DNA from: Chrysomallon squamiferum
Taxonomy: Eukaryota > Animalia > Mollusca
Length of the DNA stretch: 64,000 nt
Assembly (NCBI GenBank): GCA_012295275.1
Contig: CM022677.1
Coordinates: forward strand, 23,808,001 to 23,872,000
Direction of reading: 5' to 3'
Shown: piece by piece, positions 23,068 through 58,630 of the stretch
How positions within the stretch are numbered: position 1 is the first letter of the stretch
Layout of the letters: each line of letters begins with the position of its first letter
Program-made: the position numbers and the translations under genes
The notes under the pieces: generated by a model
Seen by the model: only the letters and a program-made list of their open reading frames with translations
Databases searched by the model: none
What the model was told of the DNA's origin: nothing

Positions 23068-26000
23068 AGGGTATTAAGTAAAACTGATTTGCAGTTTGTT
23101 TTTGTTTAGGTTGTTCCTATCTTCCAACTCGATGTAGCTGGCAGCAGTGCAGAGTAAGAGAGAAGTGAAGTGAGAACTGAAGTGAGAAGTGAAGAGAAGT
23201 GAGAAGTGCAGAGAATTGAAGTGAGAAATGAAGTGAGAAGTGAAGAGAAGTGAGAAGTGCACAGAATTGAAGAGAAGTGAAGAGAATTGAAGAGAGAAGT
23301 GAAAAGAAGTGAAGTGAGAATTGAAGTGAGAAGTGAAGAGAATTGAAGAGAAGTGAAGAGAATTGAAGTGACAAGTGAAGAGAATTGAAGTGACAAGTGA
23401 AGAGAAGAGAAGTAAGAAGTGAAGAGAAGTAAGGAAAAGTGAAGTGAAGTAAGAAGTGAAGAGAATTGAAGAGAATTGAAGAGAGAAGTGAAGAGAAGTG
23501 AAGATAATTCAAGAGAAGTGAAGTGAGAAGTGAAGAGAATTGAAGAGAAGTGAAGTGAGAAGTGAAGAGAATTGAAGAGAAGTGAAGTGAAGAGAACTGA
23601 AGAGAAGTGAAGAGAATTGAAGAGAGAAGTGAAGAGAAGTGAAGAAAAGTGAAGACAAGAGAAGTGAAGAGAATTGAACAGAAGTGAAGAAAACTGAAGA
23701 GAAGTGAAGAGAGAAGTGAAGAGAAGTGAAGAGAATTGAAGAGAAGAGAAGTGAAGAGAATTGAAGAGAAGTGAAGAGAATTGAAGAGAGAAGTGAAGAG
23801 AAGTGAAGAGAATTGAAGAGAAATGAAGAGAATTGAAGAGAGAAGAGAAGAGAAGAGAAGTGAAGAGAAGTGAAGAGAATTGAAGAGAAGTGAAGAGAAT
23901 TGAAGAAAGAAGTGAAGAGAAGTCAAGAGAATTGAAGAGAGAAGTGAAGAGAAGAGAAGTGAAGAGAAGTGAAGAGAATTGAAGAGAGAAGTGAAGAGAA
24001 TTGAAGAGAAGAGAAGTGAAGACAATTGAAGAGAAGTGAAGAGAATTGAAGAGAGAAGTGAAGAGAAGAGAAGTGAAGAGAATTGAAGAGAAGTGAAGAG
24101 AATTGAAGAAAGAAGTGAAGAGAAGTCAAGAGAATTGAAGAGAGAAGTGAAGAGAAGAGAAGTGAAGAGAAGTGAAGAGAATTGAAGAGAGAAGTGAAGA
24201 GAATTGAAGAAAGAAGTGAAGAGAAGTCAAGAGAATTGAAGAGAGAAGTGAAGAGAAGAGAAGTGAAGAGAAGTGAAGAGAATTGAAGAGAGAAGTGAAG
24301 AGAATTGAAGAGAAGAGAAGTGAAGAGAATTGAAGTGAGAAGTGAAGAGAAGTGAAGAGAATTGAAGAGAAGAGAAGAGAGAAGTGAAGAGAAGTGAAGA
24401 GAACTGCAGAGAGAAGTGAAGAGAATTCAAGTGAGAAGTGAAGAGAATTGAAGAGAAGTGAAGAGAATTGAAGAGAAGAGAAGAGAGAAGTTGAGAGAAG
24501 TGAAGAGAATTGAAGAGAGAAGTGAAGAGAATTCAAGAGAGAAGTGAAGAGAATTGAAGAGAGAAGTGAAGAGAAGAGAAGTGAAGAGAATTGAAGAGAA
24601 GTGAAGAGAAGTGAATTGAAGAGAGAAGTGAATAGAATTGAAGTGAGAAGTGAAGAGAATTGAAGAGAAGAGAAGTGAAGAGAAGTGAAGAGTGAAAAGA
24701 ATTGAAGAGAGAAGTGAAGAGAAGAGAAGTGAAGAAAATTGAAGAGAAGTGAAGAGAATTGAAGAGAGAAGTGAAGAGAAGTGAAGAGAGAAGTGAAGAG
24801 AATTGAAGAGAAGTGAAGAGAATTGAAGAGAGAAGTGAAGAGAAGTGAAGAGAAGAGAAGTGAAGAGAAGTGAAGAGAATTGAAGAGAATTGAAGAGAGA
24901 AGTGAAGAGAATTGAAGAGAAGAGAAGTGAAGAGAAGTGAAGAGAATTGAAGAGAAGTGAAGAGAATTGAAGAAAGAAGAGAAGAGAAGTCAAGAGAATT
25001 GAAGAGAGAAACGAGAGAAGAGAAGTGAAGAGAAGTGAAGAGAATTGAAGAGAGAAGTGAAGAGAATTGAAGAGAAGAGAAGTGAAGAGAATTGAAGAGA
25101 AGTGAAGAGAATTGAAGAGAGAAGTGAAGAGAAGTGAAGAGAAGAGAAGTGAAGAGAAATGAAGAGAGAAGTGAAGAGAAGAGAAGTGAAGAGAATTGAA
25201 GAGAAGTGAAGAGAATTGAAGAAAGAAGTGAAGAGAAGTCAAGAGAATTGAAGAGAGAAGTGAAGAGAAGAGAAGTGAAGTGAAGAGAATTGAAGAGAGA
25301 AGTGAAGAGAATTGAAGAGAAGAGAAGTGAAGAGAATTGAAGTGAGAAGTGAAGAGAAGTGAAGAGAATTGAAGAGAAGAGAAGAGAGAAGTGAAGAGAA
25401 TTGAAGAGAAGTGAAGAGAATTGAAGAGAAGAGAAGAGAGAAGTTGAGAGAAGTGAAGAGAATTGAAGAGAGAAGTGAAGAGAATTCAAGAGAGAAGTGA
25501 AGAGAATTGAAGAGAGAAGTGAAGAGAAGAGAAGTGAAGAGAATTGAAGAGAAGTGAAGAGAAGTGAACTGAAGAGAGAAGTGAATAGAATTGAAGTGAG
25601 AAGTGAAGAGAATTGAAGAGAAGAGAAGTGAAGAGTGAAAAGAATTGAAGAGAGAAGTGAAGAGAATTGAAGAGAAGTGAAGAGAATTGAAGAGAGAAGT
25701 GAAGAGAAGTGAAGAGAGAAGTGAAGAGAATTGAAGAGAAGTGAAGAGAATTGAAGAGAGAAGTGAAGAGAATTGAAGAGAAGTGAAGAGAATTGAAGAG
25801 AAGAGAAGTGAAGAGAAGTGAAGAGAGAAGTGAAGCGAATTGAAGAGAAGTGAAGAGAGAAGTGAAGAGAAGAGAAGTGAAGAGAATTGAAGAGAAGAGA
25901 AGTGAAGAGAATTGAAGAGAAGTGAAGTGAAGAGAAGTGAAGAGAATTGAAGAGAATTGAATAGAGAAGTGACAAGAATTGAAGAGAATTGAAGAGAGAA

Positions 26001-26807
26001 ATGAAGAGAGAAGTGAAGAGAATTGAAGTGAGAAGTGACGAGAATTGAAGAGAATTGAAGAGAGAAGTGAAGAGAGAAGTGAAGTGAAGAGAGAAGTGAA
26101 GTGAAGAGAATTGAAGAGAAGTGACAAGAATTGAAGAGAGAAGTGAAGAGAATTGAAGTGAGAAGTGTCCAGAATTGAAGAGAAGTGAAGAGAATTGAAG
26201 AGAGAAGGGAAGAGAATTGAAGAGAGAAGTGAAGAGAGATGAAGAGAGAAAGAAAGAGAAGTGAAGAGAAGTGAAGAGAGAACTGAAGAGAGGTGAAGAA
26301 AAAGTTAAGAGAATTGAAGAGAGAATTGAAAAGAAGTGAAGGGAGATGAAGAGAAATGAAGTGGGAAGTGAAGTGAAGCGAGAATTGAAGAGAAGTGAAG
26401 AGAATTGTAGTGAAAAGTGAAGAGATAAGTGAAAAGAAGTGAAGACAATTGAAGTGAGAAGTGAAGTGATAAGTGAAGGGAGAAGTGAACAGAAGTGAAT
26501 AGAGAAGTGAAGATAGTATTGAAGTGAAGATAGGAGTGAAGTGAAGATATGAGTGAAGTGAAGAGAGAAGTAAAGATATCTCTACTTAAACAAATTGACT
26601 AACCTGAAGTGGCTGGTTGTCTTATGTTATATTTTGTTTCGTTTTTCTTCTTTATTTTTTTATTTTGTTTTTGTTTTGGGCTCAGAGCTTTATTAAATCA
26701 TCAATCATTGACTGGTTTCTCCTTTCTTTACTGACACTATTTAATTATCGATTTGAGCATCGAGACTCATACACACACATACGCACCCACATAACTACAG
26801 ATACATG

Positions 26808-26853
<46 letters not shown>

Positions 26854-26896
26854 CCCCACCGTACAGATGTATTCCACAATAATCTTACACAGATAT

Positions 26897-26949
<53 letters not shown>

Positions 26950-27168
26950 CCCCACCGTACAGATGTATTCCACAATAATCTTACACAGATATCCACACAC
27001 ATACACACACACACACATATTTTATATGTCAGTTCGATTAAAGAAAAAAGAGTTTATACCTGTATACGTAGTAGAGAAGAGGCACGATGACAAACACAAA
27101 ACAAAGAGAAACACCTGTCAAAGCCACCGTCCCAATAACCTCTGTAAAATAACAATATTAATAATAAC

Positions 27169-27199
<31 letters not shown>

Positions 27200-27309
27200 A
27201 CCACAACAATAATAATAATAACAATAATAATAATAATATTAATAATAATAATAATAATAATAACAATAATAATAATAATATTAACAGTAATAATAATAAT
27301 AATAATAAT

Positions 27310-27360
<51 letters not shown>

Positions 27361-30017
27361 AATAATAATATTAATAATAATAACAGTAATAATAGTAATA
27401 ATAATAATAATAACTAATAACTAATAATAATAATCATAATCTCTCTCTCTGTGTTGTATTATATATCATTTAAGAAACTGACACATACTTTAATATAATT
27501 CAGGCATACAATAATATTAATGAAAAATATCATATAATATTATCCTGAAATAAATGAACCGAAGAGAGAAAGGCAACCAGACAGACATACCGAAAGATAC
27601 AGACAAAAATATCAAGAAGCCATGAAGTGAGATTAGACTACATAAAGAGAATTACCTTTATCTGATTTCATGCGATCTTCAACGGAAGGCAATGCTTCGG
27701 GACGATTTTCTTGGTTTTCTTCATTAGACAATGATTTTGCTTTGACGCGGTTTCTTTCTTGTCCTGTCGACCATGTTAGACCTTCGACGAACGGCTTAGT
27801 GGCCGTGCCTTCGTACGGCGAGCGTTTCGAGTTGTCTTCAAAAGGAACCATCATCAGTTCTTTCTGAATTTCACGAAGTACGGTCTGCCTGACGTGAGGC
27901 GGCAGGGAGTAATCTTGTTTAACTTGATCCAGTTTTGACTGCTTGTCGTACGACTGCACAGAGAGATCTGCCTTAGGTTCATTAAATTTGGAAGGTTCGG
28001 GTTCGTGAGATTTTGAAAGCTTAGCACGTGTCGCCGTAAGTAAATCTCTAAGTTCGTGAGATCTTGAATGCTTAATGTGCGGCGGTTTAGGCAAATATAT
28101 ATGATCGTGAGATTTAATAGGCTTTGCCTGTGTCGGTATGGAAGAAGCTTCAAATTCGTGAGATTTAGAATGCTTAGCACGTGTCAGCTTAAGTAAATAT
28201 TTATGTTCGTGAGATTTTGAATGGTTAACGTGTGGCGGTTTAGGCAAATCTTTAGGTTCAGGAGATTTAGTAGGCTTTGTCTCTGTCGGCATAGAGGAAG
28301 CTTCAAATGCATGAGTTTTAGTATGCTTTGCATGTAGCGCGGTAAGTAAACCTTTATGTTCGTGAGATTTTGAATGCTTAACAGGTGGCGGTTTAGGCAA
28401 GTCTTCAGGTTCGTGAGATTTTGAATGCTTAACAGGTGTCGGTTTAGGCAAGTCTTCAGGTTCGTGAGATTTTGAATGCTTAACAGGTGGCGGTTTAGGC
28501 AAATCTTTATGTTCAGGAGATTTTGTAGGCTTTGTCTCTGTCGGTATAGAGGAAGCTTCAAATTCATGAGATTTTGAATGCTTAGCATGTAGCGCCGTAA
28601 GTAAATCATTATGTTCAGGAGATTTAATAGGCTTTGTCTCTGTCGGCATAGAGGAAGCTTCAAATTCATGAGATTTTGAATGCTTAACAGGTGTTGGTTT
28701 AGGCAAGTCTTCAGGTTCGTGAGATTTTGAATGCTTAACAGGTGTTGGTTTAGGCAAATCTTCAGGTTTATGACGTTCCGAATTCTCAGCAGGCGGCGGT
28801 TTAGAAACCTCTTCAGGTTCAGAACGTTCAACCTTTGCAGTCACTTTTTCTCGAGAAGAAGCTGTGGTGTGCCCTGAATGTGGCGGCGTACTCATTCTTT
28901 CTTCATGTGAACTGTCCAAACTCTTACTAGTAACCACTTCTTTTCCCAGTGCCTCAGTCGACGGATTATCACTTGAAGTCATCGTCCGGTTTCCTTCAAC
29001 AGAAGCAGACGTTTTGTTCGCAGGAAACCTCAGCTCCGAGTCCTCTGCGGCAGACGACACGTTAGCAGACAGAACCTTTTCATCTTCTGCTGCTCCACCA
29101 GAAGCAGACGGGATGTTGTCGTCGTCTGCCGAAGCTTCAGACGCGTCGTTGGAACTGGACGCAGGCGAGTGTTGTTCTGACGTATTATCGCTCCTGCTTC
29201 CTGGATTTGTTCCGGTTTCGTTAGACATCAGCGACGGTTGATCACGTGACGCTTCCCCTGCCAACGGTTCGGACGTCGAGAGTGACTCGACTTCAGGTTG
29301 AGACTTCAGTTCGGATTTGTTTCCGGGCGTCTGCGCGGCACTGTTGACTTCGACCAAAGAAGCCAAAGATTCAGAACTTGACGTCTCCAAGTGAGGTGAA
29401 GCTGTTGGTTTGGCGGTCTTAAAATCAGTATCGTCTGCACCTAATTCCGACTGACCTTGTTTGGTGTGTTTCAACGGTGTCTGTTTTAAAGTCGGCGAAG
29501 TTACGGATGGCTGGTCTGGCGAAGTCACGGATTTATATGCGAGTGTGGACGTGATCTGAGACGTGACCTCAGTCGTGTCACGTGATGAGGCTGTAGACGT
29601 GGAAGTGATAGCATGTGAATGTGTACTCTCATCACGTAAATCTGCGGTTTCCTTGACTGAAGTTGCCAGGTCATCAGCTACAGCTTAGAAAAAGATCAGT
29701 ATAATTTTATTAATTATTAATTAAATTCATCAGCTAGAGCTTAGAAAAAATCAGAGAGAACAACATTTTAGCTTTATACAGAAACAAAGTATAGCTTAAT
29801 TGATGGATGTGTGGGTAAATAAGAAGGCATGTACAGAAAGGAAATTGGATGTCTGACAGAAAAGGTTTTAAATAAAAAGGTGTTAGATGCTAACCATAAA
29901 AGATAAGGTAAACTTGCAGCGTGAGCACGTTGCTTGCAGCTCTCATCTTTATACTGAACGAAACAAACCTGAAACGACAATAGTAGGTAGCGTTGTTGTA
30001 GCCGTAACAGTACACAT
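22615..30017 (-). CDS. Gene G: type I membrane mucin-like protein with 17-aa His/Lys/Pro repeats and YENPAY tail (~811 aa)
   Basis: complement join(30017-29969,29683-27656,27141-27060,22891-22615); phases 1,1,2 as in genes D/E/F. Confidence 0.78.
23155..26572. repeat. 3.4-kb intronic purine satellite (GAAGA/GAAGT/GAATT-based)
   Basis: Near-continuous gaagagaagt/gaagagaatt units with higher-order blocks. Confidence 0.97.
26815..27000. repeat. ~115-bp tandem duplication with (CA)n
   Basis: aaaaccccaccgtacagatgtattccacaataatcttacacagatatcc occurs twice. Confidence 0.85.
27060..27141 (-). CDS. Gene G transmembrane exon ([28 protein letters not shown])
   Basis: 82 bp, tttacag/gtataa, phase 1 to 2. 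Confidence 0.8.
27656..29683 (-). CDS. Gene G 2028-bp ectodomain exon (Ser/Thr/Glu mucin-like region + ~15 x 17-aa repeats)
   Basis: Long open frame (631-aa ORF in the track extended to acceptor ctaag), donor gtaatt, phase 1-1, no Cys. Confidence 0.9.
29969..30017 (-). CDS. Gene G candidate signal exon ([16 protein letters not shown])
   Basis: 49 coding bp, the same length as in genes D and F; ctttcag upstream, donor gtttgt; weakly hydrophobic. Confidence 0.5.
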
Positions 30018-30532
30018 CGTATTACGAGTGTGGCTACTGAAAGCAGCAGTTTAAATTTATTTACTGCTATTAATTTATTAATCATTTGAAATATATAAAG
30101 AAACCGGAATATTTCATTATAATTATAGCTCTCATTCGTTCTCACTATAGGAAGACATCTGAACAGTTCCGGTTTCTAAATGTGACCGGAAAATTACCTC
30201 TGTATTTAAACAATATTTTCAGTGCACTTCAAAGTAATGTTGAAAACCAGTCGACGTGCCGTAAGCTGTTATATAACCTGATCGACGTTACTCTAAATTT
30301 TGCAGTGATTAAAATACATAAAATAGATTCTGAGCTTTGTTTCCAAATGACCTTAACGATTAGAGCAGTATTTTCGACTTGCCAACTGCAATAGAACCTC
30401 GTTTTCAGTTGCCCTTGACTTTGGTCGTAAAGATTTTGTTAAGCACTTTAAATTAGTCTATATTGCCTCATGGCAGATTGTTCAAACGCTATTTATTTGA
30501 TAAACTATACATTTTTATGGTTAAATTATTCC

Positions 30533-30575
<43 letters not shown>

Positions 30576-31088
30576 TTTGTTTATATATAGGCAATATATG
30601 TTAACGTGGCTGCTATAAATTCATATAAACTTATTTCGTAATATTAAATAGTGTTAAGCCATAAATATTTTGCTTTCCACATTTAACGTTAAAATTTATG
30701 CTTTCTTCTCCTTTTAATTGGTGTTGTTGCTGCATTACTGTTGTTGTTGTTGGTTTTATAGTACAGTTTTTGACTGATAAATAAATCCACTTCCATAATT
30801 AGATATAATTAATAAAAAATAAGAGTTAAATATTGTTATGAACAAATTCAACAATTCACTAGCGTTCGAAAGCAAATTAACGTTGCTTTCTGTATTATTA
30901 AAGTTGCGACGTATTAAACTGAATAAGTTTGGAACAGATTCAAGTCTCGGCTGAAAAATTACGTGTGGAATGACCGGAAAATAAATAAATAAAAGCACAA
31001 ACTTGTTTTAATCTGTTCTTCGGTGACTTGTTGCTTCCATAATAATCTGTAATTCTTTTAAAAGAAACATACGACTGCCTAGTTATTC

Positions 31089-31096
31089 TGACGTCA
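31089..31096. promoter_or_regulatory. CRE palindrome TGACGTCA upstream of gene G
   Basis: Exact match about 1.1 kb before the ATG, with a variant TGACGTAA about 35 bp away. Confidence 0.45.
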
Positions 31097-31523
31097 TAAA
31101 TTGCAATGCTGTGCACTTAACTAATGACGTAATGAAATTAACAACCATAACTCGGATGTCCATCGAAGGAAGACATTTTGAATTTTGATCGTGTAGCGCC
31201 AAGCAAGGGGTGGGGTTACACTAAAAAAAGTAGAAATTGTCAAACAAATGTTCTGGCAAAATGTGTATATTAATAAAATATATTCTCAAACAGTCACAAA
31301 CTAGGGTATTTATTTATTTAATTTCAAATTAATACAAACTCCATGTAAATGATATTTAATTTATCCCCGTGTTCACATAGTAAATCTTGTGTGCATGTTT
31401 TTAATCCTGTATAATTTTCACATTGTTTTCTCTCAGCTCTTCGTGAAAACATTGGTATTGTTTATGTATAAATAAAGCACATATAATGAAAGACTAGATA
31501 AAACTTCGTTTAGGAGATTATTA

Positions 31524-31561
<38 letters not shown>

Positions 31562-31779
31562 AGAATATTTATAAAAATGTATAAAAAAATAAAATCAGAA
31601 TCTAATCAGGCTCTTTATTTTCCCGTCATACTATATTTTTTTTTAGTAACGTTCTGACTACTGACAAATAATGAATTTATATATACATATATATATATAT
31701 ATATAGTATGTACCTATAAGATTTGGAAAGAATCCAAAACAATATTTCCATGTTCACTCCTGAAGTTATAATATAATAT

Positions 31780-32260
31780 AACATGTTTGATAGTCATCAG
31801 ATAATATAATATCTTTGACAGTCACCATATGACATAATATCATATACCATTTATAGTAATAACATAATATAATACCAAGTAATATCTCTGACAGCCATCA
31901 CATAATACGAAATATGTAACATTCTAGATAACCATCGCCTGAAGTAATATGTCTATGTTTAACAGTCAACGCATCATGTAATGTAAATAGTCTTGATGAT
32001 CAGCACGTTATAAAATCGTACAATATCTTTGATAGACATCAAATGATAATAATATATCGTTAATAGTCATTATATAACACAGTATCATCCAATATATTTA
32101 ACAGGCATCAAGTAATATTATATAATAACTGATCGTGATCACATAATGTAATATCATATAATATCACTCAGTATCTTGTAATATATTCGACAGTCATATT
32201 TTTCCTGTATTATAACACCAAGTGATATCTTTGATAGTAATGTATGGTATAATATCACTG
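31780..32260. repeat. Degenerate AT-rich minisatellite (atatctttgatagtcatc-like) downstream of the gene F stop
   Basis: Recurrent tttgatagtcatc / ttgacagtcacc motif. Confidence 0.55.
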
Positions 32261-32277
32261 ACAGACACCGCTGTAGG

Positions 32278-34281
<2,004 letters not shown>

Positions 34282-35093
34282 GTTTCTAAGTGGTAAACAT
34301 CCTGTAAGCACAAATAAAACAACTATTAACTGGGCGATGTGTGTGTGTTTATTTTATAATGTATGTAGGTGGTTAGGTGCGTATATGTTTGTAAATAATG
34401 TATGTTTTATGAATGTATGTACCTAGGTAGGCCTGTTTATGAACATATATGTGCGTTTGTATGTATGTTGTATACCCGTATATATGCATGTTCTATGCAT
34501 TTCTGTGCATTTATGAAATAAATCTATATGTATCATGTAAGAAAACAATCTACAACAATAATAATAATAACTATCATCATCATCATCATCAGTAAATAAA
34601 TTTATAAATTACAAAATATTAGATAATACTTGAAAAAATAAATTTATCTGTAATCGCTGGTGAAAGTACTGTAAAAATACTAAGGAAAACAATTATTTTC
34701 TTTCTTACCTTTCGAATCGTCCACAGGTCGCGTTATAATACTGAGATGTATGCTACCTTTACTCCACCTGATTAATTATTATTATTTGCATATCATTTTG
34801 AACTAATTTAGGAGCAAAAATCTACTTCGTTTAATATTTAAATGTGTCTTATTTCCTAAGCTGCATTAAACGTAACGCCAAAAGAAAAACAAACCATATT
34901 ACGTCATTGTTGCCGGAAATGAGAAATTTCTGTCGGGGTCAACGACACTCGAATTTTTTATATATTTTTTTAAACTTCAGCGACTAAATTATTACTTCTG
35001 TCGTTGTTTTTATTTTTAAGGCTATTAAATTTCAGAAATTTTGCTTATTTTCTCGAACCCATGCAACAATGACGTATTTATTTGTATTTCCTG

Positions 35094-35101
35094 TGACGTC
35101 A
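35094..35101. promoter_or_regulatory. CRE palindrome TGACGTCA upstream of gene F
   Basis: Exact match about 0.8 kb before the ATG; variants tgacgta (~35070) and ttacgtca (~34900) nearby. Confidence 0.45.
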
Positions 35102-36399
35102 GAGAAAATATCAATGTGTTGTAAATGTTTCCCGAATCACGTTTTTCCTGACAGTAGTAAGAGAAAATAAATGTAAAATAATAATAACACAAAAATAATA
35201 ATTATAACCATCGATAGTTTTCAATAAATCAAATAAATAAATAAATAACAAATAAACCAATCATTTGAAAGAAAACAAAAATATTTAGTTTAGTGATTTA
35301 TTTACTGTTTTTTAAATTATTTTTATCACTACATGGTAAAGAATAATTTGTAATTATATAATATCACTTTTGCCTTTTTCTTTTCTTCTTTTTTAAATTT
35401 AGTATTATTTTCATAAACTAGTTCAATTTAAAAAAAAAGTAATAATAATAATAATATTAACAATAACAAGAAATAAATAATAATATTCACATATTAAATT
35501 CCATTTTCTACAGTCACATTATTACTCAATATAAAACGAAGCAAAAACTTGAGATATTACTAAATATACTTTTTTGTACCTCCAGAGTACACAGGTATGA
35601 TACAGTCAATTAGATGTAAACACATTACATTTCTCTGTAGCAAATACCTCACTGACACATTTTAAAAACTTTCCAAAACAACAACAACTATACTTGTTAC
35701 TATTATTAATTGCAAATGTTACATTATTAATTGTTAACCATCAGAGTAGGCTTGAAAAGAAACAAAATAAAAACAGTCAGTCAAGTTACGTCTCACAAAA
35801 AAAGTAAAATCACAATTAAAATGTTGAAAACCATTGTAAATCCTATAACAATTGCTTAATAAATAACAAAACAAAAACAAAAAAATAAAAAAAATAAAAT
35901 AAAATTTGAAATATGTCTATAAATGTTCAGTCTTAAACGAAAGAGAAAATATAAATATTTTGAATCTTGAGAAACAAATAATTAAAAATTATTTTACTCA
36001 GCTTGTTTGCTGAAACCCAATTTATATACAAAATATTAAAACAATGATTAATAAACTATAAAAACAAATCCTGTTGTTTTTAATTGTTCATCACTGTAAT
36101 GTGAAATTTACTAAACATTTCAGATATTACATATGTCTATACAAAAATTCATAAGTTTGTATTTTTTACTTGAATCCTTGAATAAAACATTTCAGACTTT
36201 GTATGTTGACATCAGAACTGAACAGAAACAAAACCAATGTTTTTGTTAGGGATATGACTGGTGAAATATTTCAGATACTGTATGTCAACACAAAAACAAA
36301 AATTATAGAAACTCCTTTTCTTCCATGGACTGGTGAAATGTTTCAGATGCTGTATGTCAACATAAGAAGAACAACAACAAAAACAAAAAAATGTTTTTG

Positions 36400-57611
<21,212 letters not shown>

Positions 57612-58597
57612 ATTGTAATCACGATTTCAAAAATATCTGAAATAGAAAATTTATAATAATAATAATGATGATGATGATGATGATGATGATGACAATGATG
57701 ATATTGAAGACGAATGCCATCAAAAAAGAATCAATAAGGTACATTTAAAATAATTATTATAAAAATAAGAATAAAAAAAAAAAAAGAAAAAATTTAAAAT
57801 ATTATACAGAGAACGGAAGGGGAAAAAAAGAGCAATATCCATAATAAAACAAATAATATTTTCATTTATTTATTTACTAAACAATAATCAGTAGACAATA
57901 TTGATACTGTACCCTTTCGCATCGTTTTAGAAGCAAAACTGCCATTTCTAAGTTCATAGTCCGGTTACGATCCATTTGAATAAATTTCATGATTTTAGCA
58001 GTCCAGCTACAAATAAATATGAAATTCAGATACTTACAGCACGTTTATTTTAGCTAAACTATTCTAACGCCACTTTATGTCTCATATTACCGGAAGCTAA
58101 TAATCTGCGTAATGATCACGTGCCCCTAAATCGAGTGAAGGGGAATAATCTCAACACCAGCATGGATAGCGTTTTACACCGCCGTCTCAATTCTTGGCGT
58201 TCTTTGTTATTCATTATATATATATATATATTTAGTGGCAGATTTAAGATTTTGGGGCCTTGAAGTTAGAACTGGGGGGTTCCGCAAGCAGGAACGATAG
58301 ATCGGTATAACCATGTTATCTTCTTTAAGGGGACTGTGTGTTGCATCATATTCTTCTACTACAAATGGGAACCTATCTGGAATCTTTCAATTACAAAGAT
58401 GAACAAATCTGAAACAGATTTTTTATTTTTTTTTTCCTTTTTGAATGACCGAAGAACAATTTTGAAATGAAAATATAAATATTTTATATTTACTGTTACT
58501 AATATAATTCACCGATGAATTAGTCAAAATATTGTTTATGTCACATCGGAAATATATAAAATAATAATTCTGTAAAACGTATTATTATTATTATTAT

Positions 58598-58630
<33 letters not shown>

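Noticed and set aside
23106-26127. Long S/L/F-rich ORFs (up to 480 aa) on the minus strand
   Set aside because: Translations of the purine satellite, open in several frames because the repeat lacks stop codons.
28184-29241. Overlapping alternate-frame and antisense ORFs in the gene G exon (also 33384-33965 in gene F)
   Set aside because: Shadows of the repetitive or low-complexity coding exon, with no independent splice signals or motifs.
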